From an uncultured Saprospiraceae bacterium (GTDB lineage Bacteria > Bacteroidota > Bacteroidia > Chitinophagales > Saprospiraceae): a DNA stretch of 50,936 nucleotides. The position numbers and the translations under genes are program-made. The notes beneath the pieces were generated by a model that saw only the letters and a program-made list of their open reading frames with translations, made no database searches and was not told the origin of the DNA. This document shows, one piece after another, positions 44,130 through 50,936 of the stretch (positions are counted from its first letter, which is position 1; each line of letters begins with the position of its first letter). Location of the stretch: assembly GCA_937924145.1 (NCBI GenBank), contig CALDTJ010000110.1, positions 1 through 50,936 of the forward strand, in the 5' to 3' direction.

Positions 44130-45233
44130 TCACTTTACAAATTGACGAGTAATCTGTTCATTCGCCGTTGACAATTTTAAAAAATAGACACCGTGGGCAT
44201 AGTCCGTTACATTAATTTCAACTTGCCCATTTTTAAAGGCTCTCCATTTTTCAACTAATAATTCTTGTCCTAAATTATTGTAAATGCTTACTGTTAGATC
44301 TAAATTTTCTTCAAAAGCATAATCAATAAACAGCTTTTCGTCAACGGGATTTGGATATAAATCAATGCCTTTACCCCATGCTGGTTCATGAATACTAGAC
44401 GGAATATCGGAGACATTTAAATTAAAAGAAAATCCCTCCTTTGACCAATGATCGTCCCAGTAAATAAAATATTTTTTGTCTTTTTCAATGATAGCTGTAT
44501 CATCTAATTCAGACGCTCCACTTTCTCTACAACCATCATCATTTTGAGCCACTATTTGTGGACTCTCGCAAGTTCCTTCAAAAACAAAAAGCCGAGTATT
44601 GACTTCACTTTCGCAAGCTGAGATGTTTAATACACCATCCATATCTGATGTAAAAGTGTACCATTGCGCCCCTACGGCATCCGTAAATGCCGTTCCTGTG
44701 CCCGCTAATTCTTCCACTTGATGGGTGCCAATAGAAATGTCTTGAGCTGATTCGCAGGTGCTTCCTGCGGCTACCTCTTCATCACTTACGAAAGTCAAAT
44801 TCCAAGTAAATCCATCTTCACTTTGTCCATTATCCCAATAAATTACATAAGAAAATCCAGGAACTGCCACCGACTCTATAAAGGATGCTTTCTCTCCTCC
44901 ATTTCCATCTTCACAATTATCATCTGCTGAGTTTATTATTTGAAATTCATCCGTTTTTGAGCAGTCATCTAATAACATTAAAACCAATCTAGAATCTCCT
45001 CCGCCATTACAAGAACTTACGGTAAACACCCCCTTTTCGCTCGGTTCAAACCGATACCATGCGGCAGCAGTAGCCCCTTGAAAAATGGCTCCTGATCCAC
45101 TAAAATTCTCAATTACATACTCCCCTTCTGCTACAATGAGGGCATCAGAGCAGGTGGAATTTTGACCAAACATAAATATTGGAAACAAAAATAATAGAAA
45201 GGCTAACCTATTGATTATAAGTGGTTTGTTCAT
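44130..45233 (-). CDS. Secreted protein with a T9SS type-A C-terminal sorting domain and an internally duplicated ~135-aa Cys-containing domain
   Basis: Signal peptide MNKPLIINRLAFLLFLFPIFMFGQ. Two paralogous halves (CSDALIVAEGEY...YVIYWDNGQSEDGFTWNLTF and CESAQDISIGTH...YFIYWDDHWSKEGFSFNLNV). The C-terminus LYPNPVDEKLFI...HGVYFLKLSTANEQITRQFVK is typical of the Por secretion tail. Confidence 0.8.
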   Translation of the reverse strand: MNKPLIINRLAFLLFLFPIFMFGQNSTCSDALIVAEGEYVIENFSGSGAIFQGATAAAWYRFEPSEKGVFTVSSCNGGGDSRLVLMLLDDCSKTDEFQIINSADDNCEDGNGGEKASFIESVAVPGFSYVIYWDNGQSEDGFTWNLTFVSDEEVAAGSTCESAQDISIGTHQVEELAGTGTAFTDAVGAQWYTFTSDMDGVLNISACESEVNTRLFVFEGTCESPQIVAQNDDGCRESGASELDDTAIIEKDKKYFIYWDDHWSKEGFSFNLNVSDIPSSIHEPAWGKGIDLYPNPVDEKLFIDYAFEENLDLTVSIYNNLGQELLVEKWRAFKNGQVEINVTDYAHGVYFLKLSTANEQITRQFVK

Positions 45234-45411
45234 TGGAAAATATATTTCGGTTATTGGATTCTGGCTAATTTTCTGCTAATTAATTGTACAAAAGTGCAGT
45301 AAATTCTTGAAATGAGGAAAATAAATGATTAATAATACCTGTTGAACGACAAAGGGAAGGAGTTGAAGCGGTTTGTTAAATGGAAATGATTCTGTGAATT
45401 AGGAATTTGTA

Positions 45412-46053
45412 TTACTTGACTAAGCCATTATTTACGGCATATAAGACCAACTCTGAAGCAGTGTTGATTTTCAATTTACGCATGATATTTTTTCGATGCG
45501 TATAAATAGTATGGGTACTTAAATTTAGTTGGTCGGCAATCTCTTTAGCTATTAATCCCTTCGCCACCAATTGCACCACCTCTATTTCTCTAACCGTTAA
45601 GGGCATTGGCGCACAGTCTTCGGCAGTCGGTGAAAAAGAACGTTCGAAAACATAATCCATTACTTTTTTACAAAAATAACGTTGCTTTTTGGCGGCTGCC
45701 TGCACCCCTTCAAGGATTTCTTTTCCATCACAAGATTTCGTCAAAAAGCTAGTGACACCGTATTCTAGTACTTCGTAAATGCTGTCCTTTTCATTGTCTG
45801 CACTAATTACCAAAATACCAGTATCAGGAAACCTTTCTTTTAAATGTTGAACTGTTTTTGTGGAAAAATTACCGATTTGGTTATAATCTAATATGACCAC
45901 TTCCGCATTTTCTGCCTCCATCATTTCTAATAAGTCCGACTCATTAGCCACTTCCCCTAGTACTTTTATGTCGGTTCTATTAGCCAAAATATGACTTAAC
46001 CCTACTCTAACTAGGTATTGGGCATCGGCTAATATAACAGAAATAGTGGACAA
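45412..46053 (-). CDS. NarL/FixJ (LuxR-type HTH) response regulator
   Basis: 213 aa. It has an N-terminal receiver domain (VILDYNQ acceptor region) and a C-terminal LTVREIEVVQLVAKGLIAKEIADQLNLSTHTIYTHRKNIMRKL. No kinase gene is adjacent. Confidence 0.85.
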   Translation of the reverse strand: MSTISVILADAQYLVRVGLSHILANRTDIKVLGEVANESDLLEMMEAENAEVVILDYNQIGNFSTKTVQHLKERFPDTGILVISADNEKDSIYEVLEYGVTSFLTKSCDGKEILEGVQAAAKKQRYFCKKVMDYVFERSFSPTAEDCAPMPLTVREIEVVQLVAKGLIAKEIADQLNLSTHTIYTHRKNIMRKLKINTASELVLYAVNNGLVK

Positions 46054-46095
46054 TATTTTTCTTGTTGATTTAGATAATCGCTTAAAAAAGTAATA

Positions 46096-46162
46096 ATCAG
46101 TTGTCCTTCATTAATCCGTTTTATAGTTTTATCATACAATGGATTAATGAAGGACAACTGAT
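46096..46162. repeat. Perfect 22-bp-stem hairpin; its right arm and flank recur upstream of the Uma2 gene
   Basis: atcagttgtccttcattaatcc (46096-46117) is the exact reverse complement of ggattaatgaaggacaactgat (46141-46162). ggacaactgatcgagacgttg (46152-46172) matches the reverse complement of 30578-30598 at 20 of 21 positions. Confidence 0.85.
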
Positions 46163-46492
46163 CGAGACGTTGACAAGAATAGGATTAATAATATTCACTT
46201 TTTAGGCGACTATTAATTAATTGATTATTAAGTATTTATAGGTTTTCCATAATCTAAACCATTTGAATAGTTTTATCTAAGTTTAAATACTAAATGTTCT
46301 ATTTTGTTCAGTAATTTTGGCCTATAAAATGCGAAAATACATATCTAGAGGGCATAATTCCAAAATTATTTAGAATTAGTTTAAATAAAAATAACAAAAA
46401 GTAATTCAGAAGCAGGTTAACCTGTAATTAAATCCAATGAAAGCAATTTTGTATTTAACAATAGGATAACTTCCCTTAATGCTAAATTCGAT

Positions 46493-46500
46493 TATATTTG
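46493..46500 (+). promoter_or_regulatory. Candidate Bacteroidota -7 promoter box (TAnnTTTG) upstream of lepB
   Basis: tatatttg lies 48 nt upstream of the ATG. I saw no clear -33 element. Confidence 0.3.
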
Positions 46501-46547
46501 CAGTTATTTTTGAATAGCAGAGCTAATAATTATTACAAAGTAAGCCA

Positions 46548-48320
46548 ATGACAATTCTTATTTTTTTAGTTATATCCTATATACTATTAAGTCTTAGCCT
46601 TAGAAAGGTATTTGAAAAGGCAGGTGTAGCACCCAATAAAGCATTGATTCCGGGAGTCAACTTCATGGAATGGTGTAAATTAATCGGTCGTCCAAAATGG
46701 TGGGCAGCACTATTGTTAATTCCAATTGTGAACATTTTTATTTTCACAGGAATGTGTGTAGACCTAGTTCGGTCTTTCAAAAAATATGACTTTAAAGATA
46801 GTGCCTTGGCGGTGCTATATGCCCCACTCTCATTTTACCTATTGGGAAAAGAGGATGGCGATAAATACGATGGCCCTACGCTAGAAAAAGAAGCGGAGTA
46901 CCAAGCAAAAATAGAGGAAGCATATAAAAACGACGACCGTTTACAACTAAAGAGATTATTGGCTAAAAATCCATATCAAAAATCATCCGTTAGAGAATGG
47001 ACGGAAGCGATTGTTTTTGCAGTTTTTGCGGCAGCCTTCATTAGAATGTTTTTAATTGAGGCTTATGTAATTCCGACCTCTTCGATGGAAGGATCTTTAT
47101 TGGTGGGTGATTACTTATTCGTAAGTAAGGCGCATTATGGTATTCGAACGCCTGAGACAGTAGCGATGATTCCTTTATTGCACAACCGTATCCCTGTTTT
47201 GGATGCTGAATCTTACTTGGAAAGTCCAAAGTTAAACGCACACCGATTACCAGCTATTGAGACTATTGACAAAAATGACCCTGTTGTTTTTAATTATCCT
47301 GAGGGAGATAGCGTATATGTTATTCCTGGACGAACATGGAGTATTTATGATAAGAAGAGAAATGCTATTCCTCAGAGCGCAGCCAAAGCGATAGACCAAG
47401 GTCGATTCCCATTGGTTACTCGTCCGATTGATAAGATGGATCATTATATTAAAAGGTGTGTGGCTACTCCGGGTGATTCTTTGCAAATCATTGACCGTCA
47501 GTTATACATCAATGGTCAACCAGCAAAAAATCCAACGAATGTTCAGTTTAGATATTTGGTAAAACACCAAGGTCCAATCAGTGAGCGGAATTTTGCAGAT
47601 TGGGGGATTTCTAATGAGGATAAATTGTATTACAATGATGGTACAACACCTGCATCCGAAAATCACAAGATGCTAGTTTTGTCAGAAGAACAGAAAAAGA
47701 AGATTAAAGAAATGGACCCTAATATTGAAATCATTCCAAATGATATGTATTCGGTTCAGTTGCCTGAAAATATGGATTTCGCTGTTTTACAAACTTGGGG
47801 AGTTGACCGAGGTAATCTTCGATATGCGCAAGGAGATGTTTTGACACTGACCTTGAAAAAAAATCAAGCGGACTCTTTAAGAGCAAATGGTGCGACAGTT
47901 GAATATAAATACGAAACAGAAAGGCTGTTTCCACATGATCCAGCCAATTTCCAAAATAATTCTGTAGACAATTACGGTCCATTATATGTACCGAAAAAAG
48001 GGGCTACTGTAATCGTAACGCCTGAAACAATCGCCCCTTACCATCGAATTATTGATGTTTATGAAAATAATGATTTAAGAATTGCCAACGGTAGAGTCTA
48101 TATTAATGGAGAAGAAACGACTCAATATACCTTCCAACAAGATTACTATTGGATGATGGGAGATAATCGCCACAACTCTGAAGATTCTAGAGTATGGGGG
48201 TTTGTACCACATAGCCATGTTGTAGGAAAGCCTTTATTTATTTGGTTTTCTACTAGAAATGGTAATGCTAGAGAAGGGATTAATTGGGATCGAATCTTCA
48301 GTTCTGCTGACAAGCAGTAA
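46548..48320 (+). CDS. lepB: Signal peptidase I (S26) with an extra N-terminal membrane domain
   Basis: 590 aa. Catalytic Ser box IPTSSMEGSLLVGDYLFVSK, Lys box YIKRCVATPGD, and box E GDNRHNSEDSRVWGFVP. The first ~100 aa (VFEKAGVAPNKALIPGVNFMEWCKLIGRPKWWAALLLIPIVNIF) resemble small stand-alone DUF5684-type membrane proteins. Confidence 0.9.
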   Translation: MTILIFLVISYILLSLSLRKVFEKAGVAPNKALIPGVNFMEWCKLIGRPKWWAALLLIPIVNIFIFTGMCVDLVRSFKKYDFKDSALAVLYAPLSFYLLGKEDGDKYDGPTLEKEAEYQAKIEEAYKNDDRLQLKRLLAKNPYQKSSVREWTEAIVFAVFAAAFIRMFLIEAYVIPTSSMEGSLLVGDYLFVSKAHYGIRTPETVAMIPLLHNRIPVLDAESYLESPKLNAHRLPAIETIDKNDPVVFNYPEGDSVYVIPGRTWSIYDKKRNAIPQSAAKAIDQGRFPLVTRPIDKMDHYIKRCVATPGDSLQIIDRQLYINGQPAKNPTNVQFRYLVKHQGPISERNFADWGISNEDKLYYNDGTTPASENHKMLVLSEEQKKKIKEMDPNIEIIPNDMYSVQLPENMDFAVLQTWGVDRGNLRYAQGDVLTLTLKKNQADSLRANGATVEYKYETERLFPHDPANFQNNSVDNYGPLYVPKKGATVIVTPETIAPYHRIIDVYENNDLRIANGRVYINGEETTQYTFQQDYYWMMGDNRHNSEDSRVWGFVPHSHVVGKPLFIWFSTRNGNAREGINWDRIFSSADKQ

Positions 48321-48351
48321 TTTACCTACGGTTTGCTCTAGGCTGTACTTC

Positions 48352-48387
48352 AAAAAAGGTAGTGGATCATTTCACTACCTTTTTTTA
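48352..48387 (+). terminator. Rho-independent terminator of lepB
   Basis: aaaaaaggtagtg-gatcattt-cactacc, followed by ttttttt. Confidence 0.8.
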
Positions 48388-48510
48388 ATGCCTTGACAGC
48401 AGCAGATATACATATTTGAAAAATAATTAATAGATTTGCTTTTGATTTGAACAAAAGAACGTATTAAAACGTATTTCAAAAAATTATTATATTATAAAAT
48501 CACTACAATT

Positions 48511-49434
48511 ATGAAATTGACAAAAGCAATAGCACTCTTCTTTAGTCTAAGTGTTCTAATGACTTCGTGTATTCCGAAGACTCAATTTGAATCACTACAA
48601 TCAGATTACGACGTGGCAAATCAGCAATTGGGAGAATGCGGCGAAAAATTAAACGATTACATGAGCCAAATAGCGGCTTGTGAAAGAGAAAAGGAAAAAT
48701 TAAAAGGAGATTTGAGGGCTGCTGAAGCAAGAGCTAATACTCAAAATGAACAGATTACTGACCTAAGAGAGCAAATTGGTGATATTAGAGGTCAAAGAGA
48801 TAAACAAGTTGAGCAAGTAGGTGACTTGACCGTTTTATCTCAATCGGCTAGTGAAAATATTAAAGAAACGTTAGCTCAGTTGCAGCAAAAAGATAAATAT
48901 ATTAATTTGATTCAAGCTGCAAAAACTAAGGCTGATTCTATCAATTTAGCATTGGCAGTCAATTTAACTCAAGTATTACAGAATGGCATTGAGGATAAAG
49001 ACGTAGAGATCAAAGTAGACAAAACAGTTGTTTACATCAATCTTTCTGATAAAATGTTGTACACTAGTGGAAGTGCTACAATTACATCTAGAGCAGATGA
49101 GGTGCTTGCAAAAATCGCAAAAATCGTCAAGTCTAGACCAGGCGTTGATGTAATGGTAGAAGGCTATACAGATAATGTGCCGATTACAAATAGTTGCATT
49201 AGTGACAACTGGGATTTATCTGTAAAAAGAGCAACATCTGTTGTACGGGCACTACAAACAAAACATGCAATTGACCCAAATAGATTGATTGCTGCTGGTC
49301 GTGGTCAGTACAATGCACTTGCAAGTAACGATACTGCTGAAGGTCGTTCAACTAACCGTAGAACTAGAATTATTATCCTTCCTAAATTGGATCAATTTTA
49401 CGATTTATTGGACCCAAGTAAGGCACCAGAATAA
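48511..49434 (+). CDS. OmpA/MotB-domain lipoprotein with a coiled-coil N-terminal half
   Basis: Lipoprotein signal LSVLMTSC and a heptad-rich region. The OmpA-like C-terminus is VEGYTDNVPI...NWDLSVKRATSVVRAL...GRGQYNALASNDTAEGRSTNRRTRIII. Confidence 0.85.
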   Translation: MKLTKAIALFFSLSVLMTSCIPKTQFESLQSDYDVANQQLGECGEKLNDYMSQIAACEREKEKLKGDLRAAEARANTQNEQITDLREQIGDIRGQRDKQVEQVGDLTVLSQSASENIKETLAQLQQKDKYINLIQAAKTKADSINLALAVNLTQVLQNGIEDKDVEIKVDKTVVYINLSDKMLYTSGSATITSRADEVLAKIAKIVKSRPGVDVMVEGYTDNVPITNSCISDNWDLSVKRATSVVRALQTKHAIDPNRLIAAGRGQYNALASNDTAEGRSTNRRTRIIILPKLDQFYDLLDPSKAPE

Positions 49435-49586
49435 AATAGTAGGCAGTAAGACAGCATTCAGTTAACGGTTGGCTTATCTCTTTGATAATCAATTGAATAA
49501 AATTAAATACTGTCAACTACTTAAAATTTTCGGCAATAGTAAGATAGTCAGGAGTTACCAAACAGGGGCTTCTGACTATTTTATTA

Positions 49587-50669
49587 CTAGCTTTTAACTA
49601 CTCCTAATCCAGCTCCTTCCCCTATTCGCATCATTCCATCTTCGAGTATAAATCCACCTTCTACCACATCTTTAGCTAAATCAAAACTTCCATCTAAATC
49701 TATATATTTGGTAGCTGGGCTGGCGTAAGCAGCATGCAGTGCAGCAGTAATACTAATGATACTTTCGTCCATGCAGCCCCACATTAAGCCAATATCTGCA
49801 AGGTCGGCGATAGCAGCTATTTGACGACCTGCCATAATACCTCCACATTTCATTAATTTGATGTTGTACAAACCAAAATGCAAAGGTTTTTGTGCCAAAG
49901 TTAATGCATGCTGATTCGATTTTAAATTTTCATCTGCCATACAAATCTTTCGAATCGAGGGCGGTAGTTTTTTCATCAATTTCACATCATCATAATGCAT
50001 CGGTTGCTCCATTAATTCGAGCCCTAATTTTTTCGTTTGCTGATAGAATGCTTTTGTTTCTGTGACTCCATAACCCTGATTCGCATCTACTCTAATTTTA
50101 ATGGACTTGCCGACCGTCTCTCTTATTTTTGAAAAAATAGCAACGTCTTCTTCGACAGTTTTTCCTGTCTTCAGTTTTAGAACTTTAAAACCTAAATCCA
50201 TATATTCTTTTGCTTCTTCTACACTTTCTTCAATAGATTTAATACCAATCGTAATAGAGGTTGGCAAACACAAATGAACCCTCCCCCACAAATCTACCAA
50301 CGGGATATCCAAAGTCTTTCCATAGGCGTCGTGTAAGGCAATATCAGCCGCAGCTTTAGCCGTTGGATTATTAGGATACAATTCATGTAATCGAGTGATG
50401 ATGGCATCCATCCTACGCAAATCCGCTCCTATTAGGAAATCGGCAATGGTACTGAGCGATGCCTTGGCAGATGCCATTGATTCTCCTGTGACAAATTCTG
50501 CAGGTGAACCAGCTCCAACGCCGATAATACCTGCTTCCGTTTGTAATTCCAAAAAAATATTTTCTACAGAATCGAAAGTTTGATAAGCGATGGTATAAGG
50601 TCGAGTCAGTTCTAGATTTTCACTATATGCTCTGACTGATTTGATTTTATATTTTGCGGGTATTTTCAT
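49587..50669 (-). CDS. Dipeptide (L-Ala-D/L-Glu-type) epimerase, enolase superfamily
   Basis: 360 aa with KLKTGK (KxK), VDANQGY, MEQP, MADENL and KLMKCGG motifs of the MLE subgroup. Confidence 0.8.
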   Translation of the reverse strand: MKIPAKYKIKSVRAYSENLELTRPYTIAYQTFDSVENIFLELQTEAGIIGVGAGSPAEFVTGESMASAKASLSTIADFLIGADLRRMDAIITRLHELYPNNPTAKAAADIALHDAYGKTLDIPLVDLWGRVHLCLPTSITIGIKSIEESVEEAKEYMDLGFKVLKLKTGKTVEEDVAIFSKIRETVGKSIKIRVDANQGYGVTETKAFYQQTKKLGLELMEQPMHYDDVKLMKKLPPSIRKICMADENLKSNQHALTLAQKPLHFGLYNIKLMKCGGIMAGRQIAAIADLADIGLMWGCMDESIISITAALHAAYASPATKYIDLDGSFDLAKDVVEGGFILEDGMMRIGEGAGLGVVKS

Positions 50670-50712
50670 AGTATTTTTTTGGGAAAGGTAGGTAATAATT
50701 CACCAAAATCAA

Positions 50713-50744
50713 AAAGGCAGTAAGAACTAATCCTTACTGCCTTT
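50713..50744 (-). terminator. Rho-independent terminator of the partial upstream minus-strand gene
   Basis: The minus strand reads aaaggcagtaag-gattagtt-cttactgccttt, followed by ttgatttt. Confidence 0.7.
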
Positions 50745-50799
50745 CCAATAGGTAGGCAACATCGCCTATTTCGAAAATTTGAAATAAATACTTTCATTG

Positions 50800-50936
50800 T
50801 TACAAAATTTCTAAATCCAAATCTTTAATAACCTTGTAGGTGTCACTCAATTTAATAGAATAAGTTCCAGACCTATTAGGCAAATTAAGCGTATGATTCA
50901 ATCTTGCACCTCTAGGGCCATTGATCGTACCTTCCT
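50800..50936 (-). CDS. C-terminal 45 codons of an unidentified protein; the start lies beyond the right edge
   Basis: My own translation gives ...EGTINGPRGARLNHTLNLPNRSGTYSIKLSDTYKVIKDLDLEIL with a stop at 50800-50802, followed by a terminator. Confidence 0.45.
   Translation of the reverse strand, partial: EGTINGPRGARLNHTLNLPNRSGTYSIKLSDTYKVIKDLDLEIL

Overview
This is about 51 kb of a Bacteroidota chromosome from a gliding, type IX secretion (T9SS) organism. GC is roughly 40% by eye. A Saprospiria-like host is my guess and cannot be proven from the sequence.

Layout:
1. 1-4453 (-): the N-terminal 1484 aa of a large secreted repeat protein. It runs off the left edge, so it is missing from the complete-ORF track.
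2. Envelope housekeeping genes: cdsA, a TPR protein, a DUF4292-like lipoprotein and an EnvC-like M23 peptidase.
3. A 1.5-kb non-coding gap, then one 15.9-kb ORF (12086-27991, 5301 aa). It is a mosaic surface protein ending in a T9SS type-B (gliding-motility) C-terminal domain.
4. A 2.6-kb rearranged accessory patch (27992-30624). It holds two AT-rich orphan membrane-protein ORFs, a circularly permuted pseudo-copy of the ancestral giant-gene/engB junction, and a Uma2-family nuclease gene.
5. engB, followed by the T9SS core porP/sprF-gldK-gldL-gldM-gldN.
6. maf, kdsC, a PLP trans-sulfuration enzyme, a transketolase C-terminal subunit, a lipoprotein, a membrane protein, a type-A-CTD T9SS substrate, a LuxR-type response regulator, lepB, an OmpA-like lipoprotein, a dipeptide epimerase and a partial ORF.

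What looks most worth a second look:
- The giant protein has seven copies of a ~155-aa module I cannot assign to a family, plus a 12-heptad array of O-glycosylation sequons.
- The scrambled junction downstream of it records insertion events.
- The intergenic regions carry an unusually rich set of palindromic repeats: at least four recurring families, plus locus-specific long hairpins whose arms are built from reiterated 6-7-nt words. These occupy almost every gene junction, including all junctions of the gldKLMN operon.

I saw no rRNA, tRNA, CRISPR array, transposase or integrase. All homology calls come from motif recognition by eye and none has been searched against a database.
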